Shown here: piece by piece, positions 62,631 to 64,000 of the stretch
How the letters are laid out: each line of letters starts with the position of its first letter
Position numbering within the stretch: position 1 is the stretch's first letter
NCBI RefSeq assembly: GCF_009834535.1
Contig: NC_045696.1
Location: 32,738,001-32,802,000, forward strand
Source: Camelus ferus
Lineage: Eukaryota
Length of the DNA stretch: 64,000 nt
Reading direction: 5' to 3'
The notes under the pieces: model-generated
The model's database searches: none
Told to the model about the DNA's origin: nothing
The model's input: only the letters and a program-made list of their open reading frames with translations
Position numbers and translations under genes: made by a program

Positions 62631-63794
62631 TTGCAAATGTAGTGGATGAAATTGTTGCAAGCATCACTGCGCTTTTTCCACTTCTTTAAAGAAGAAGACA
62701 CTATTATTTATGTACCCATTGATAGTCAAATTGTCATCTGGGATGAATCATGTATATTTATTAGTAGTTGTGTGCTTTTCATTACCTAAAGAATCCCCTC
62801 TTCCCCTAGATTGCTCAGTTTATGCATGATGTCAATAACTGGGGACCTGAGCAAAGTTATCTTAAAAACATTCTGAGCTCCATATTTATGAGCTGCTAAT
62901 CTGGTATCGCTGGTAATTATTCCTTCTTTCTGTTTTAGCACACCTTTTCTCTGCTATTGTTTTTTGCCTCACCTCACTTCACAAGATTGATAGTTCTCCA
63001 TGTTTCCCTGCTAGAGGTCACCTCTGAGCTGAAGGCAAAACATATCTCGCTCTGGCATCTGTTGACTTTCAAGTCAACTATCAAAGAATTTATTCCAGAC
63101 ATTGCCTAACCTCAATTTAAAAACTCCACCCTTAAGTTTACAGGAAGCTATCCTGGGAGTTGCCATAGTGACTCTTAAGAGGTTGGCATTGAGGAGGCAA
63201 AACTACTGATATCAGATTTTTCTACTTGATAGGCTTAATTATATAAGGTGGTCATGAACCTTGTGTCATTTAGGGCTGGAAAGAAATTTTCCCCTTCAGG
63301 CTCTTCTCTCTCTTATGGTGCCTTCTTGGTAGTAAGGCTTCCTGGTAGTAAGATTCTTTATGCCAGTAGCTCCAGTATAACCTCAAGTGGTGCTTGTAGT
63401 AATGATAGAATCATTACAAAACTAAAGAAGAAAAGGAAAATATATTTCATGGGTGTGATTAAGTCATCATAATGTTCTTGCACATGTAAATTATCCTTGA
63501 CTTAATGAACCACCTTGCTCACATAATAGTGTTTTAACCTGGCTCTGGAAAGTCATTTTTTCTCCATGTTGATAATTGTTACCAGACTTGGCAGAGCTCA
63601 TCTCCAGATCATCTTGCTGTAGTGAAATTTATGTATTATGTTCCGTGTGCATGAATTTTGTTTTAACTATTAGAAATGCTTTTACTAAGCCAAGTTATTC
63701 CATGAATTACTTTCATGAATTAGTGGGACACATAGGAAGCTAGAAATTTGATTACATTCTAATGATATCCAAAGTGACAAGGGTCATTTATAAA

Positions 63795-63960
63795 TATATT
63801 TTTTCTTGATTATAAAAGAAATGTATATTCATTGGAAAAAATCAGGAAACTACAGAGATGAAACAAAGAAAAGTATTATCTCTATTTCTTGGTTTAGAAT
63901 AATTACTTTAAGATTTTGATGAATATTCTGTAAGATGAACACTTTTTGAAGAATACTTAC
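63795..63960 (-). mobile_element. Old L1M 3' fragment
   Basis: ttgattataaaagaaatgtatattcattggaaaaaatcaggaaactacaga. Confidence 0.45.
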
Positions 63961-64000
63961 CTTGTTTTCTCCAACACATTCTGTATTTCTAAAAACAGCT

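Larger units (their letters stand above)
786..64000 (+). other. CADM2: Large CADM2 intron downstream of the microexon (3' end beyond window)
   Basis: Starts with a GTGAG donor. No sequence encoding the next Ig-V exon (SQGQFPLTQNVTVVEGG) was found; repeat-rich and AT-rich. Confidence 0.8.

Noticed and set aside
1979..63472. Short ORFs in the supplied six-frame track
   Set aside because: Apart from the L1 ORF2 remnant (42223-42657), they are 60-125 aa, compositionally biased (F/L/S/I or microsatellite-derived) or inside repeats, with no recognisable protein similarity.

Overview
AT-rich, CpG-depleted mammalian genomic DNA. It is most likely a camelid: the L1 3' ends are cetartiodactyl/camelid-type, and I saw no Alu, Bov-A/BovB, PRE-1, CHR or Can-SINE. 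The only host coding sequence I can support is a 27-nt exon at 759-785 (+) encoding (A)AASKNKVK(G), which I recognise as the N-terminal microexon of CADM2 (SynCAM2/Necl-3). An upstream in-frame ATG at 716 gives an alternative N-terminus. The rest (786-64000) is the following large intron; the next exon (GSQGQFPLTQNV...) was not found in the window. The intron is filled with old MIR, L2, CR1/L3, L1M, MaLR/ERVL/ERV1 LTR and hAT remnants, a few younger L1 3' ends and microsatellites. Repeat family names come from my recall of consensus sequences and their boundaries are approximate. Best observations: (1) a clear L1 3'-transduction at 41466-42688, with TSD, second poly(A) signal and ~400 nt of foreign flank, inserted in an MLT1 LTR; (2) a candidate recursive splice site with a 40-nt stop-containing exon at 33111-33150; (3) a perfect 37-nt duplication 2.1 kb apart beside a CpG-retaining patch; (4) a degenerate interstitial telomeric array; (5) the splicing-regulatory and dual-use architecture around the CADM2 microexon. 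I found no evidence for a wholly new gene system.
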